A DNA stretch of 63,960 bases, counting the filler, from Phoronis australis (Eukaryota; Animalia; Phoronida): the NCBI GenBank assembly GCA_002633005.1. It is 6 parts of 6 records of this genome, joined end to end, with 100 filler letters (N's around TTAATTAATTAA, not from the genome) between each part and the next. Parts side by side here need not be neighbours in the genome. Positions count along the whole stretch, not along the records: positions 1 to 31,347 come from NMRA01000122.1; positions 31,448 to 36,374 come from NMRA01002032.1; positions 36,475 to 41,080 come from NMRA01002538.1; 3 more parts are not named here. One strand, given 5' to 3'. Below the pieces are notes generated by a model. That model had not been told where the DNA came from, made no database searches, and saw only the letters and a list, made by a program, of their open reading frames with translations. The translations under genes were made by a program, and so were the position numbers. This document shows positions 26,907 through 40,249 of the stretch, piece after piece (the stretch's first letter is position 1; each line of letters opens with the position of its first letter).

Positions 26907-29900
26907 TCAAAGATACGCCTCCTCCTCTTTCACATTCAGAGCGGGGTTGTCCTCTCCCGCGTCTATAGTTTTTCCATCCTCCACCAGGTGGATATCACTC
27001 TTTGATTTCTTCACCTTCTTGTCAAGTGTACCTTTGACGCTGAAACAAAATGGAAAAATACTTACTATTATATAAGTCAAGTTATTTTTGCTTTAATACT
27101 AATGCTCACAGTCACTGGCGGATCTAAGATGTCGTAAGGGAGCGGGCAACCACAATTTCCGAAGGAAAACACTCGAGTAAGCTCAAAAACGACTCTTGTT
27201 TAAGCAACTAAAATCGAGATGCATGCCAAAAAACACTTGTTACACTTGAAAAGGGGGGCAATGATGACGCCTTTGACTGCTGGGGTTTCATCTTCATCCT
27301 TTAACGCCATAGTCATTGAGGAAAATACCAAAGCGTTGCCCATTTCAGTGACGAGCTATGTAGCAGAGTAAAACAAGATCAATGTTGTCAAAGAACGTCA
27401 TTCATTGTAAAGACGTATGTGCAAAAGGCAATAAAAAGAAGCCGCTTTCAAGATGGACATAAGAAAAATTCCAAAGGTGTACACATAGAAGCGCCGTACG
27501 TATTAGCAGAAACGACAACGAAGTTATGCGAAAAAAACTGAAGGGCCTAACAGAAGGGAAAACCACTTACCCCCGGGGTGCGGGTTGGAAAATTACATAT
27601 TTAAAAAATGCTCAAAGTTGTCGAGATTACAACCCAGCCCTACAGGACTGTCTTGAGACAGTTATGAATTTAGAGGTTTTAGCTGTTTAGCTTTTTTGAA
27701 GTTTTAACATTTTAGAGTTTAACTTTTTCGTTATCGTGCAGGGGTCTTAAGGGTGCGGAGCCCTCCTGAAAGTGCGCGGGCACCGACCAGTGCCCAGTGG
27801 TTAACATGTCTCTGGTAGCAGGTTTTGTGCGAGACAAGGTAGGTGGCTGAAATAGACCATGCTATGCTGAACAAAGGAAAATAACAGACCAATGAGATGT
27901 CTAGTAAAGAGCTATGTGTATATAGTACATGGTGGATATAAATAGAAATGAGTAAAGGAAACTGAACCCTGAGGATCAGTATAAAATTAAAAATAACAAA
28001 TACCAATATAATACCGCTAAATGCATTTAACAAGTTTAATTTGATTTAATTTGCGTTAAAAAGTTTCGTACTCCAGAGCTACTTCATTAGGGCCTAGTTA
28101 TGGAAGATAACCTGTACAGTATTGTGAGTTTTGGACTGTGTCTCTTCAAGGTATTCGTCTACATTTTGCACCGTCACAGCCTTTACTTCAACTTCTACAC
28201 AATACGAGCCCAATTTAATTTTATCTCCCGATCCTTACGGGTAGTATGCAACTGGTACGTTCAGTATTGTCACGAAAACTCGAGCCATGAAATTTCTCAA
28301 TTTTCATACGGGCCTATAACTATATATGTACTTGTTCAGAGTCATTTTCGTTCGGGGCCCCTGTATGACATACCTGTAGTCAATCAATTGGCAATCTTCT
28401 ACTGTTTCCGGTAGTTTGTGACCCTTAGTCTCGGGTAGTAACAGCGACAGAAGACCTCCGATGACGCAGACAGAACCAAATATTATCGGTGGCAGGACAA
28501 TGCCGGGAACACCGGGGACGAACTTCCCCTGAAACGAACGCCGACAAATACCAAATAGTATCAAATACAAAAGAACCAAACTGAACGCCAAAGAAGGTTA
28601 AAAAATAACATATATTCTCATAAATTTGGAAAAAGTTAACGCTTTCACATACAAACGCTGTATATAACACTGCATTTATATGTGGAGATTTCATAAGAAG
28701 ACGGATAGAAATCTCATCAGAATGCAGCTCAGAGTGTTCACAAAGGCATTCTATTCACATGCGAAATGCACAAACAGTTCGAGGATACGTTTGATTTGCC
28801 TTCTTATCGTCTGACTACAAATCAGATGGCAGGTCACTCATCTTACTGTGAAAAAATATATTCTAATAATGTGAGTTGTGGTTGCTAAGCCGCAGTCACA
28901 CCGGTCTTAAAACTAGGTTACGACCTGTCGGTCTCCAGAGTGTTGTGAAATCGCGGAAAGAATGCTTGATTGATTGTTAGATGGCGGGTCATCGTGACAA
29001 GTTGATGACCATGTGCAAAACTTCTCACCTGCGATTTTAAATCGCAAAGGAGTCGTAGACAGGTCTTACATGTTAGTATGAATGTGTGTGCATGGTTGTA
29101 TCATTAATCATGTATAATCACATTTTTCAGTGACAGAATTGGTAGACCAACTGATCGTATCACCTATCAATGGTGCAATCTGTCTCACCACTTCCCTATA
29201 ATGTGTGAACCCATTTGTGGCTGGTCTCTACTCATGCCACCCAATGTTTGAGTTCTTACGATGACTCAAGACAACGATCGCACCAAACTCAACACAAGCA
29301 GATTGTAGCAAACGTTGAAGACATGTAGTAATTTGCCACTATCGTATGATCCAACATCGTACGATCGTACTAACTCATGCCCCACTGACATTATTTATCA
29401 ACGAAATTAAAACACTCTTGTATATCTTACCAAGTCACCAATAGGTGATGCTGACATAGACCCAACACGTGCCATCACAGAGCTGATTCCCATAAGTCCG
29501 TTGCGTGCTACGGTCGGATAGATTTCTACGCACCAGTAGTAGACTTCCACGAAGCCATTTGTTGCCCCGAATTTACCCGCCATGGAGAGGGCGATAAGAG
29601 CTGTGTTATTGGCTGAAAATAAGATATTGGAAATTTCATTTAATGATCATCATGACAACTACAGTGCTTACGTTTCCAATTTCTCATTGGACAAAGCGAT
29701 TTCTGGTTGTCGTTCACAAGCAGACGCAAAGATCTGGAAGTTCCTCACTGCTTGAAACTAGGCCCTTCAAATTGGCTTGTCACGGTTTGTCAATTTATGC
29801 ATAGAATATGTCCTCAAGGAATAACGAACTGTCCTTTCTATGCAACCCAAAAACTAAGAAAGTACAAAATTGGAGTGCTTAATGGTCTAAATCGATCTAA

Positions 29901-31165
29901 GTTTGCTTCTAGGACGGAAGCGGGGGATTTATAATTTTTGTGATTTGTGCAACTTTGCAATCAGGCTAGTCCATACAATAATCGTAGTGCCTACTTTATC
30001 CATTTACTCACAGTCAAAATATAAGACGACGAATAAGGAACTGATGCACGCTATGCCGCCCAAGAGGTTGCCGAAGACGAACGGAGGCTTGCGTCCTATG
30101 TAATGCCCCAACAAGGAAAAGGCTTTAGCGGGAAACTCGACGAGACCCAATACCATGAAATTAAAATACACGTCTCCACCGAGGTTGCCGCTGTTTAAGG
30201 ACAGTCCGTAATAAACCATACTGACTGCGAACCTAGGAGAAACAAAGGGAAAATTTAACATTGCGTACTTATAACTATTTTAGAACTTAGCCTGCCTCGT
30301 ATAATTTGGAAGATGTCGATGAAATCAGAACGTTCATAACAACACAATTATATGTATGCACTCTCAAGTTTTGGCAAGATCCTCACTATTAGGTCTTTTT
30401 GGTGTTTTGTGCAATGGACCCGACCTATGTGGCCTGCGCACGTCTTATGCTATTCAGGTAGTATCGGACTGCCTGCAATTTTTTTTGCGCATGACCAACC
30501 ACGTCTGGCATTTCATAGTCACTAACGTATTCTGTTTTTGGAATTCCACTGTCTCGCACAAAACATGAATTTTTAGTAGTCAACGAAAGAAGTCATACCA
30601 GTTAAAAAACATAATTAGCGTTCTCATTATAAGTTTGGGTGATTTAGTCATTTCCTTCGGTAACTGCAATACGGAGACTTTCTTTGCGCCTTCGGTGTCT
30701 TCTTTCATTACGTCGAATAATTTTTCAGGTAGTTCTTTCTTGTTGGCCTAAAACAACCAGTTATAAATTACAGTTAGGGCAATCCTCAATGTATCAAGCC
30801 TTCTCTAACAAACATATCCACCCTGACTTAGGGTGTCATACACTTTCCCCTATTTTTACGTGACCATACAGTCGGGACAATTTTGCATTGTGGAATTCCA
30901 ATTCACAATGTACTTTCAATATTACTAAATATACAAGTCGGACATTTTTCTACTATATTGACTTTGGTATATATTATAATATCCGACAATTTTTAACAGA
31001 CTAACAATTGTCTCAAAGACGCAGTCTGTTTCCATAAAGGTCTTCACGTTCAAATGATCTGAAATTGTTTAAGAACTGCTCACCCTAGCGGCAGCCCTCA
31101 AAATCTTCTCTGCTTCCTCTTCTCTTCCTTTTGACAACAGCCAACGAGCGGACTCTGGTACTAAC
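26907..31165 (-). CDS. SLC22-family transporter, tandem paralog (copy B); last six exons, 5' part lost at the gap starting 31348
   Basis: Exons 31165-31084, 30747-30599, 30232-30012, 29612-29431, 28528-28374, 27039-26907 have the same lengths (82,149,221,182,155,133) and splice sites as exons 6-11 of copy A; open frame, mostly synonymous differences. Confidence 0.92.
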
Positions 31166-31347
31166 CTATGTCAAATTGTGAAGTAAAATATTGGCCGCAT
31201 GTTATCTTCCATAAACTCATTGCGACTATTTTCTGGCTAGATTAAGGGGTAATGTCCAATCGTAATAATAGATAGAGCCTTAATAGTTCGGAATTACCTG
31301 TCGGTGACCTTTCACTGTAAGACGCTATCAGCGTTACTGCACATGCG

Positions 31348-31447
31348 NNNNNNNNNNNNNNNNNNNNNNNNNNNNNNNNNNNNNNNNNNNNTTAATTAAT
31401 TAANNNNNNNNNNNNNNNNNNNNNNNNNNNNNNNNNNNNNNNNNNNN
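31348..31447. other. Artificial assembly linker (44 N + TTAATTAATTAA + 44 N); also at 36375-36474, 41081-41180, 52368-52467, 60207-60306; plain N gap at 57860-57954
   Basis: Same 100-bp structure five times; the core has stop codons in all six frames. Confidence 0.97.
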
Positions 31448-32467
31448 TTTCTTTGTTGACAGAGATTCTAGGTTAGACATTATCAGATTTTGAAACGCAC
31501 TAAATCAACCATGACCCGGGGGGGTAGACTCATCTTGACAAATTCAGGAGGGATTGGAGATATCGATTATGGTAATTGGAAAAGGACCAAAACACCTGTA
31601 TAAATTGCAGCATTAAAACAAACAAAGTATTCCACCCCAAAACATGATCGAAAACAATGGTTTCAAAGACGGCACTTCGCTAAGCTGCGAGGTCAGAGAG
31701 AGACTATTCAATAACTCCTAAGTGCCAGGAGAGGTTTTTAATACAGGAAACAATAATGTAAGGACCTGTGGAGCACGTGGATTGGCATGGGTACTGGAGT
31801 CTGCAGCAAACTTCAATCACAGCTTTTATTTGTCAACTGTTTTAAAAGTTTATTTAATTCCTAAAATGAGTTTGTATTTTGAGGGCTAAAAATGCAATTT
31901 TGGCACTGCTGTTGAGTGGGAAAGATTTCTTGGAGTTTGCTAGCTTGACTAGAGTCATAAAACATTAAAGTTAATTGCTTTGTGATTTTAATATGAATCG
32001 GTAATCTTGCCATTGTATGCCTGCCAAGACACATGGTGAAGTTAAAGCCCGTGTTTTCACCCTTTAAGCATCGTTAAAATACTCCGTTATTTAATGCACG
32101 GGAATTTGATCAGTGACAGAGGGTGCGGCTGCTACGGTGGGTTGGTGGGTTTGATTTTGTGCTACTGCGAAGTTCTGTAAAATTTCATTTCTTACCAAGA
32201 ATTCTCCTTTTCAATACCTGAATAGGATGACCACAATACACTTAAAAGTGCACCATGATAGTACCTCTGAGCACTACAGAGGTCAGCACATGTTCAATTA
32301 GAAGCATGCTGTCATTGTCCTTAAGCATCATTGTTTGTCCATATCACATGAATATCATTACCCAATAAAAATTTGTACCTTTAATTGTTAGAAATTTAAG
32401 TTGTTATTTTAAGCTAATATTTGTAAGTCTCACGGGCTCACTTTTTAATTAAACCACTAAATGAATA

Positions 32468-33966
32468 TCGTATTCGCCGTAATAACCGCCCATGCCCCTA
32501 TAAGCGCCCCCCCCACGCATTTTCAGACTTTGCTGAAATAAGCGCCCAGTACATGAACATGTACGTGCGAACAATGACGTACCTACAGTCCTAAAACTCG
32601 GCTACAGTAACGTCTTCAATTTATCAAAAAAAAATTGCACGGGTTTTTTAGACCACCAGCGGCACTGCTACGTTTGTATTTAGCCGTGACTATACACTTC
32701 AAAGTAACGCAGCGCTTAAAAAGAACGCAACAGCGTTACTACTCTCGCGACGACCGTGTCCTACTATGGTCTGACCTTTCAGTACAGACTGTCTCACGAA
32801 TAAAAATAACTTGGTGTTAAACGCACGTGGCCGGGAAGCGCGCGCTACATATATGAACCTGTCATCAAAGACATTACTTGGGGAACTATCCATTCATGAA
32901 ACGAGTAGCATAGCATCGGTAAGAAATGAATACTGGCACTAATTTCCGACAGTGTCTATTACCATAAAACATTTTTGCGTTATTTTTGAGATAGATTGTT
33001 TGATTAACCATAATTGGTGTTTTTAAGCCGAATATCCGATAAAATGACAACTGACAATGAATGCTTACACACCCTTACACCGAAAAATAAGTGTCAGATA
33101 GTTACGTACGCATCCAGCTACACGGCGACTAATATGGGCCTTACCGAGACAAGTGTCGAACGTTTTTGGCACATGAGACCGGCAAGTGCTGAATGAAACA
33201 CGTTCTGGGCCCGGTCTCTAATCTTTGTACTCGAAACGAACTCAAAACTATTTTTGGCAATTTCTCTGCTCCTTTTGTGCGAACTTAAGATAATTGGTTA
33301 TCAGACTGNACACAACCAATGCACATCTAGCTCGTTAGATAGCGTGCCTCTGGCCAAAAGACGGTCTCTGCTTTGGCAAATGAACTCTGGTGACACACAC
33401 GCGCTCGCTTACTCACAAATGCAGACGAACTTCAAAACAAACGTCACGTGACAACAACATGTGTGTTCGTCCAGACATTTTTCTCGCCGTGTTGCCGATC
33501 ATACATGTAGATGGCACGATGTTGCATAGATTTGTACTTAAACCTGCCTTTAATCCAGACTCCACGGGAACTTACCGGTAAAAACAAATCTTAGAGACGT
33601 TAGAAAACTAATGAAGATTTCAGGTAATTTGCTTGAGTCGAAACTATTTTTATTCAAGCATTGAAGTCGCCATATCGAAGACGGCGATTTCGAGGCAGTC
33701 AGTCGGCGAGTTTTCGCCCTGGGATTTCAGCACAATTTTCTGTAAAATGATCGTAATTAAGTAGCAAAGTTTGATAGCAATGCACCACAGTTTTGTTGAA
33801 AGCCTTTCATAGATTAGAGATACGTCACAGAGCATACATTTGATGGATCTTAGCTTCTGATTTCACCCGTTTCGGAGACCGGGTTTCAACCGCCTTGCGT
33901 TATAATAAGCGACCCCCTGAACCGAACTTTTCTAAGCGCCCTGGGCGGTTATTACGGCGAATGCGA
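32468..33966. mobile_element. 1.5-kb non-autonomous DNA transposon with TA TSD (Tc1/mariner-pogo-like)
   Basis: TA|TCGTATTCGCCGTAATAACCGCCCA ... TGGGCGGTTATTACGGCGAATGCGA|TA (25-bp TIR, one mismatch); subterminal TAAGCGCCC motifs; no transposase ORF seen. Confidence 0.85.
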
Positions 33967-34469
33967 TAAATCAATAGACAGAAATCACAGCAATTAGCTG
34001 CTTCCATCAGATATAATATTGATAACTCAGGACTAAAAAGTTGTAAACGACCATCACAATTATTGGCAACTACAACACCTAAGCTGAGAGGGTCAACAGT
34101 AAATGGACAATATTGAAAACATACAAATCATATATATGGAGACAAAAAACATCATTTTCAGAAGCACTCAACATTGGGAAGGGGTCGACCAAAAGGTGGC
34201 ATTGAAAAGGTCAATGATATGGGCAATCGCAAACATAATACAACATAAATATTCATTTGCATGGAGTTTCCAGAACAACTTGACAACAGTGAATGGGGTA
34301 GTAGTCAACAGAGTATTTCACAAGTTCATTCATAAACTCTTCAATTTTCACATCAATAAGAATACAGTAATATAACACTATCATCACTCATCTATCACCA
34401 CAGATAATTATCGTTCCAAGTATGATACCCTGCCAACATTAACAATTCATTACCTTCACAACTTCACAA

Positions 34470-35107
34470 GCTACAACCTCTCTACCTCCATCTCATCAAT
34501 CAATACTTACCTTTCCGCCCCTTCACCCTTTCCACCTTCACTCTTGCCATCCCCTACTTCCTAGCATTTTCCCCCAGGTAAAACATCTACCACACAACAC
34601 ACTCCTTCCGCTGCACCACTTCCACCTCTACATTGCCACCCCATGCACTCTTACCACTCACTTCTCCAACCAGCCATTCAACACCTGACCCATCTTTCTT
34701 TTTCCCTCCAGCTCTTCCATCTCTTCTCTTCTACCTGTAATCACCTCAGTCGACACCAACTTGTCTTCTCTAACGCATCCGCCAACTCTAACTCCTCAAT
34801 TAACACCAAACCTTTTCTTCTCCTCTTTCTCATCCACCTCTACCCTTCTACTTCTAACACTCCAATCAACACCTACCTTTTCTACTCCTACACCTCCATT
34901 CTTCCACCCTAGTACCCCAATCAACTACACCCCTTACCTCTCTACTCTCAGACCTCCAACACCTAAATCAACACTATCCTTTTTCTTTTCCCAAACCCTT
35001 CCAACCCATACTCTTACACCCCTAACACCTCAACCAATGCCACCATTTCTCCATCTCTGCCACCTCCACCTCTACCTTCCACCCTTAGCAGCACAACCAA
35101 CACCTAC
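34470..35107. repeat. C-rich, G-poor low-complexity intronic tract
   Basis: ~640 bp almost without G on the plus strand, starting right at the splice donor of the 35108-35241 exon. Confidence 0.8.
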
Positions 35108-35666
35108 CTCTTCTTCCCCTGCACCCCTTCCTTGCCCTCTCTCCACTTCTGCTCCTCTAGCTGCGCCAGTTTCTCCCTCTCCTTCAAAGCTCTCTCCTTT
35201 TCTTCTCGTTCACGCTTGATCTGCTCAACCAACTCATGTTCCTGAAACGTAGAATAGACTACAGCGAGGAGAATAAAGCGCTGCCATAACGCTACATAAA
35301 ATGACACACGCAAGTTACCCCCACTGGTCACCAGTACCTCAAGACAACCCATAACCTTTGTGTTCTCAAAAATATATTTATACGGCATAAAGGAAATAAT
35401 TCGTTTGACATGTCGGGAAACACATTCAAGATCTACGAATGGGATTACAATTCTACATGACTGAAGCCCAATCCCATTATCTTTCCAGAACTCACTAAAC
35501 CACACCCTGGTGTTATTTCACTCACCTTGGCCTGCCTTTCTTCTACTTCCCTGCGTAGCCTCTCTGTCTCTTCTCGCTCCTTCCGTGCTGCCTCCTCACG
35601 CTCCCTCACTTCCTGTTCAAGTCGCTCCTTCTCGGTAGCAGCTTGCCTCTCCTGCTCCAGTCTCGC
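35108..35666 (-). CDS. Two internal exons of an unidentified E/R/K-rich coiled-coil protein
   Basis: Exons 35666-35526 (141 nt, cag|..|GTGAGT) and 35241-35108 (134 nt, tttcag|..|GTAGGT) join in frame: ARLEQERQAATEKERLEQEVREREEAARKEREETERLRREVEERQAK-EHELVEQIKREREEKERALKEREKLAQLEEQKWREGKEGVQGKK. Confidence 0.75.
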
Positions 35667-36265
35667 CTGAGGGACAAAAAAGATCATTAAATGAATATTT
35701 GTTTAGAGTTGTCCAGAAATGCTCGATAGTATGGTGAGTGCACAGTACTTCCTAGCATGCAAAAACAGAGTGGAGTCAAGCTATTGGTAGCGTCCACAAA
35801 ATGATTCCAGGGTATTTTGGCCCCTCCTCCATAGCTTTACTGAAATACTGTAAAACTGCCTTTTACGTACAATGCAAAGCAGTGAGATTCCAAAGTTTCT
35901 GCATTTAACAGAAAGGTCAAATCCTGCGAAATCGCCTTACTAGTTGTGTCTATAGGACGATTTTGTCCAGCTCTGCTATATCAAAAATACCACGAAACTG
36001 CGCTCTAGGTACAATGTGCAAGGCCAAGGAGCTTAACTGGTTCTGGTCCTTACCATGACTCATTTTGAAGAAAAGAGGCGCGCACCCACATCACTTTACA
36101 GAGCCTAACCACTCCTACACGAGTCAAAATCCAGACCCGAGACCACCAGATTTGACCCGAAAAGCAACCGAAACCATCACAAGAAATCTCACTTTTTACC
36201 TTAAGCAGGATACGTTACGGTTCTAAATTTGAACAAAAACTGAAGGTCTTGGGTTGCAGTGTTTA

Positions 36266-36374
36266 TGGACAAGATTGGCTCGGGTGTCCATGGACAAGGT
36301 TGTTTGGGATGTCCACGCACAAGGTTAGCTGGGGTGTCTATGGTCAAGGCTGGCTGGGGTGTCCAGGGACAAGG
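36266..36374. repeat. 25-bp minisatellite running into a gap
   Basis: Unit ~tggacaaggttggctggggtgtcca, just over four diverged copies. Confidence 0.85.
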
Positions 36375-36474
36375 NNNNNNNNNNNNNNNNNNNNNNNNNN
36401 NNNNNNNNNNNNNNNNNNTTAATTAATTAANNNNNNNNNNNNNNNNNNNNNNNNNNNNNNNNNNNNNNNNNNNN

Positions 36475-39400
36475 CCCGCCATTTTTACGTGCCAAAATTG
36501 ATTTTAGATCACCAACAAAATGTTTAGATAATATGCTTTTACCTAAAGCGTTAAATACTCACAAATTTCAAATAGCAAAATTGAATTCGTTCATGCAGGT
36601 ACGGTATTACAGTTCTTCGCCACCGCCATTGAAAGGCTCTAGAGCGCAAGGCAAATTGCCGACGTGAAAGTTGAATCAGTGCTCTCTAATTGACCCGTGC
36701 ATTCAAGTAGCTAAGTTTGCCATGGGAAAAGCTAGAAAATGCCTGTTGAAAAAGTATCCGCGATTTTGCTAGGCCTGACCTGCTACTGGCTATCATCAAA
36801 GTCGTTAAAGATGTAAACTAACTCGGCAAAATTCCCTCTACTTTTTGTTCGCAGCCCAAATTTTGCAACTTAACTCGTCGTTTGAAAAACATCTGTCGAA
36901 AAAACCCATGAAACGATGCTCTGAAAGAATGATGTATTTGGATGCGCGGAAACAATTCAGTGCAAATTTCGCAACAAAAACGTGGTACGTATGCTGTTCA
37001 CGTACTCAACAATTGGTTTTCCATGAAATGAATAGTATCAAAATAATTCCTGACTCCGTGCGGGTTGCCATCAGGTAATTCAAGTTTGCTCCTCAATACC
37101 TGCCAAGTACGGGAAAAATAGGTCAGTCACAAAGCCACACGCAAGTCACTAGTTTTAACTTCCTTTCGGAGGTATAAAACAAAGCCGGGATTTGGTTTCC
37201 ATGTATTGAGAAAAGACGTTTTTTGAAACTGACTTTGTTGTGTAAAATGAGAGTGACACACTATTTTGGCAGCTGTCAATTTTAAACCACGCGTGGTCAT
37301 TTGTAGTGCGCTATGATGGGCGCTAACCTGAACAGTGGGCGCTTAATTGGAAATTCTCAAAAGTTGAAGGGGAACGCTTAGTAGATTACTGAGTGCTTAT
37401 GAAGCGCTTCAAAGGTAGGAAGTGGGCTTGTTCGTGAGCGTAGTCAAGTGTTTGCGATAATAAGATATTAAAAGACTGCAATGGTAAGAAACGTTATAAT
37501 AATACAATTTTGCGAGGTAGTCTCCATCTAGTAGGGGTGTCTTACTGGATATCGTTACCACCTACACTGTACCCTACACTGCCTGCTTCAGTCCGAACAA
37601 GATTGTTTCTATTGGAGTCTGAATATTTTACGGCGACGATGGTCCAGCAGGGAGCGAAAAGTTGCCAAGGGGGAGAGGATGTATGATGAGAGGAATAAAA
37701 AGTTCGCTAGCCACAATTTCACATCTAGTACCCGTTTAATTGCAATAGCTGGCTACGGACATAGAATATAGGGCTTAGGGAACTCGACCTCAGGAAATAT
37801 CGGAACAGGAAAATTTCAGTTCTGAGTTTTATCGGTCCCGGGGAATGTCGTAAAGCACCTGATCTTTTATAACCGTCAGGAATGTTCATCTTCAAATAAA
37901 CCACTGGCATCCGGGTGCTTAACAGAGCCAAACCGGTATACTCTTTCATTTAGGCCTGTCACTATTCTCTTTTCATGTGCAGTTTTGAAGTGTTGCGCGC
38001 GCGTGAGTTCACGCACGTGAATCGCTGGAGTAGGCCTACATTTTACGTTGGCAACAACGAATGAAAGACCAATCATATTTCACACACGAAGCCCCAGAAA
38101 CAAGTAAAGGGGTTTGAGAATTTCTTGGCAACTAAAAGTCGTCTGGCTGGCGATTAATAGATTGTCATTTTCACTTTGGCTGACTTATGTGATAAAAAAC
38201 GAGACGTATATCATTGTTTGCCGGGACCGCTTGGGGGCTAACAACGGGAGCGACCAGTGCCGCAGTGCGATATCAGGGATATTATCGTGGATTTTTGGTA
38301 TATGGAATAAGGACATCTTACGCAAAAAATAAAGATATTTGTCCACCACAAAGTATGGTAAGTTGACCGCTTATGAATTACTAGAAACACTGCTTTGTGA
38401 TGTTTTATCACGTGCTATGCAGAGGCCCGAAACTTTCTTCGGCGAATCCGGAAATTTTCAAAAGTGGCCGAAAATGTTAGCCAATGAAACGCGTCAAAGA
38501 TCAATTCTGCATATCCCATGTTCACGTGACCTGCTTACACTCATCGGGAGGGTTATTCTCAGACTATTAGTATTCTTTTGAACTTGGATTTGGCGGCAAC
38601 CAATAACGTTCGGATAAACAAGATTTGCCCGGAATCTGCCGAGAAATGTAAAAACTCAGCTCGCATACGTTGGAAATTCCAGCTCGCATTTTGCGACTTG
38701 ATACGAGTTGACAAAAATCTCAGCTCGCATTTCCAAATTTCAGGTCGCAAATGCGACCTGCAGCTCGTTATGTCGAGCCCTGCTGACCCTGACCTTGTTT
38801 TATATCTTCGAAAAGTAAGTAAAACTAGCGACATGTGTCGGTGTCGTTTTATGAATGACCTATTTTTCCCCTACATGGACTTGAGGAGCAAACTTGAATT
38901 ACCCGATGGAAACCCTCATGGATTCGGGAATTATTTGGAAGCTTTTCATTTCATGGGAAACTAATTGTTGAGTACTTAAACAGCATAAGTCCAGCATTTC
39001 TGTTGTGAAATTTGCACTGATTTTTACCCATGCATCGGCATATGTCATTCGGCTAGGGCAACATTTCACAGATTTTTTTCAACAGGATGTTTTTCAAATG
39101 TCAAGTTAAGTTGCAAAGTTTGGGCTGCCAATAGAAAATGGAGGGAATATGCACGCAGAGTTAGTTTGGATCTTTAACGACATTGATGACAGTCATATAG
39201 CAGGTCAGACCTAGCAAAATTGTGGATATTTTTTCAATGGGTATTTCCTCCCTTTTCACATTGAAAACTTAGCTACTCGAATACACGTGTCGGTTAGATA
39301 GCACTGATTCAACTTTCATGTCGGCAACCGCATTTGAATGACGATTGTGAAGAACACTAACACTGTACCTGCATGGAAGAACTCAATTTTTGCAGCCAGT

Positions 39401-39775
39401 TAGCGTTTTTGGGAACTGAACGAGGGACTTCTCGAAGAATAAGTTTGAGGAGTATTTGTTGGAGTTGGAAAGAAATAAAGAGATCGGCGGCCTCCTAAGG
39501 TGTCCCTCTATGCCCAAAAGGTATTTATAACAATGTGACAGTCAGGTTGAAGCATAATTTGCCGAAAATCTCCCATCATATGAAGAAGCTCCTATAGGAA
39601 ATACACCGTCTGTAGGGTAATTAGAGACAATGGTCACGGTCCACAGTACTTAGCAGGGCTCGACGCTATGAAAATCGCCAGCTCGCATTTTCAAAATCCA
39701 ACTCGCATTCATAAATGCCAGGTCACAGAATATTCCAGCAATTTTTACGAGCCAAAATTGATTTTTTAGAATTGC
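36475..39775. mobile_element. Cluster of hAT-like non-autonomous element fragments
   Basis: Termini GTCGAGCCCTG (ends 38782) and CAGGGCTCGAC (starts 39654), both with subterminal CAGCTCGCAT motifs; atttttacg.gccaaaattgatttt at ~36481 and ~39741; ~36593-36785 is an inverted copy of ~39198-39375. Superfamily inferred from CAGGG ends. Confidence 0.5.
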
Positions 39776-40249
39776 TGGACTAGGCCTATACTGGAACTTT
39801 TTATCTCTGCCTATGTCTAGGATTGGCAAAATGTTTGAGCAATTACATTGATTGAAACTTATCTACGCAGGAGCTGATTGATTGAACATTGCACATTTTT
39901 AGCATTTGTTGCTGTTAAAACAACTGAGCCAGAGTTGCCCAGGTCACCCATAACCTTTGAAATTGAAGTACACAGACCTAAAGTTCAAAGGATTTGTTGT
40001 AACTGCAAGGCTAGTTGGAGACCTGAAAGTCAAATTGGCGCTCTCTGTCTGACACATGTATTGGAGAAGCTAGTATGTAAACTGTTTGAGCTGTGTACTG
40101 CCACCCATTGCTCTAAGACTGGAAAGTAAAATGTTTAAGGGTTGCAGACTGTGCGATAGGCTACAATATTCATGGAGGTAACAACTGTTCTCCTATGAGA
40201 GCTCAAGTATGTTATAGATTGGTTCAAGATTTGCTTCTGGGTTTGAGTG

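Noticed and set aside
31392-31403. Recurrent TTAATTAATTAA as a biological motif
   Set aside because: Always centred in 100-bp N blocks; a six-frame-stop assembly linker.
34643-35219. Pro/Thr/Ser-rich plus-strand ORFs as mucin-like genes
   Set aside because: Produced by a G-poor low-complexity tract and antisense to a real exon.
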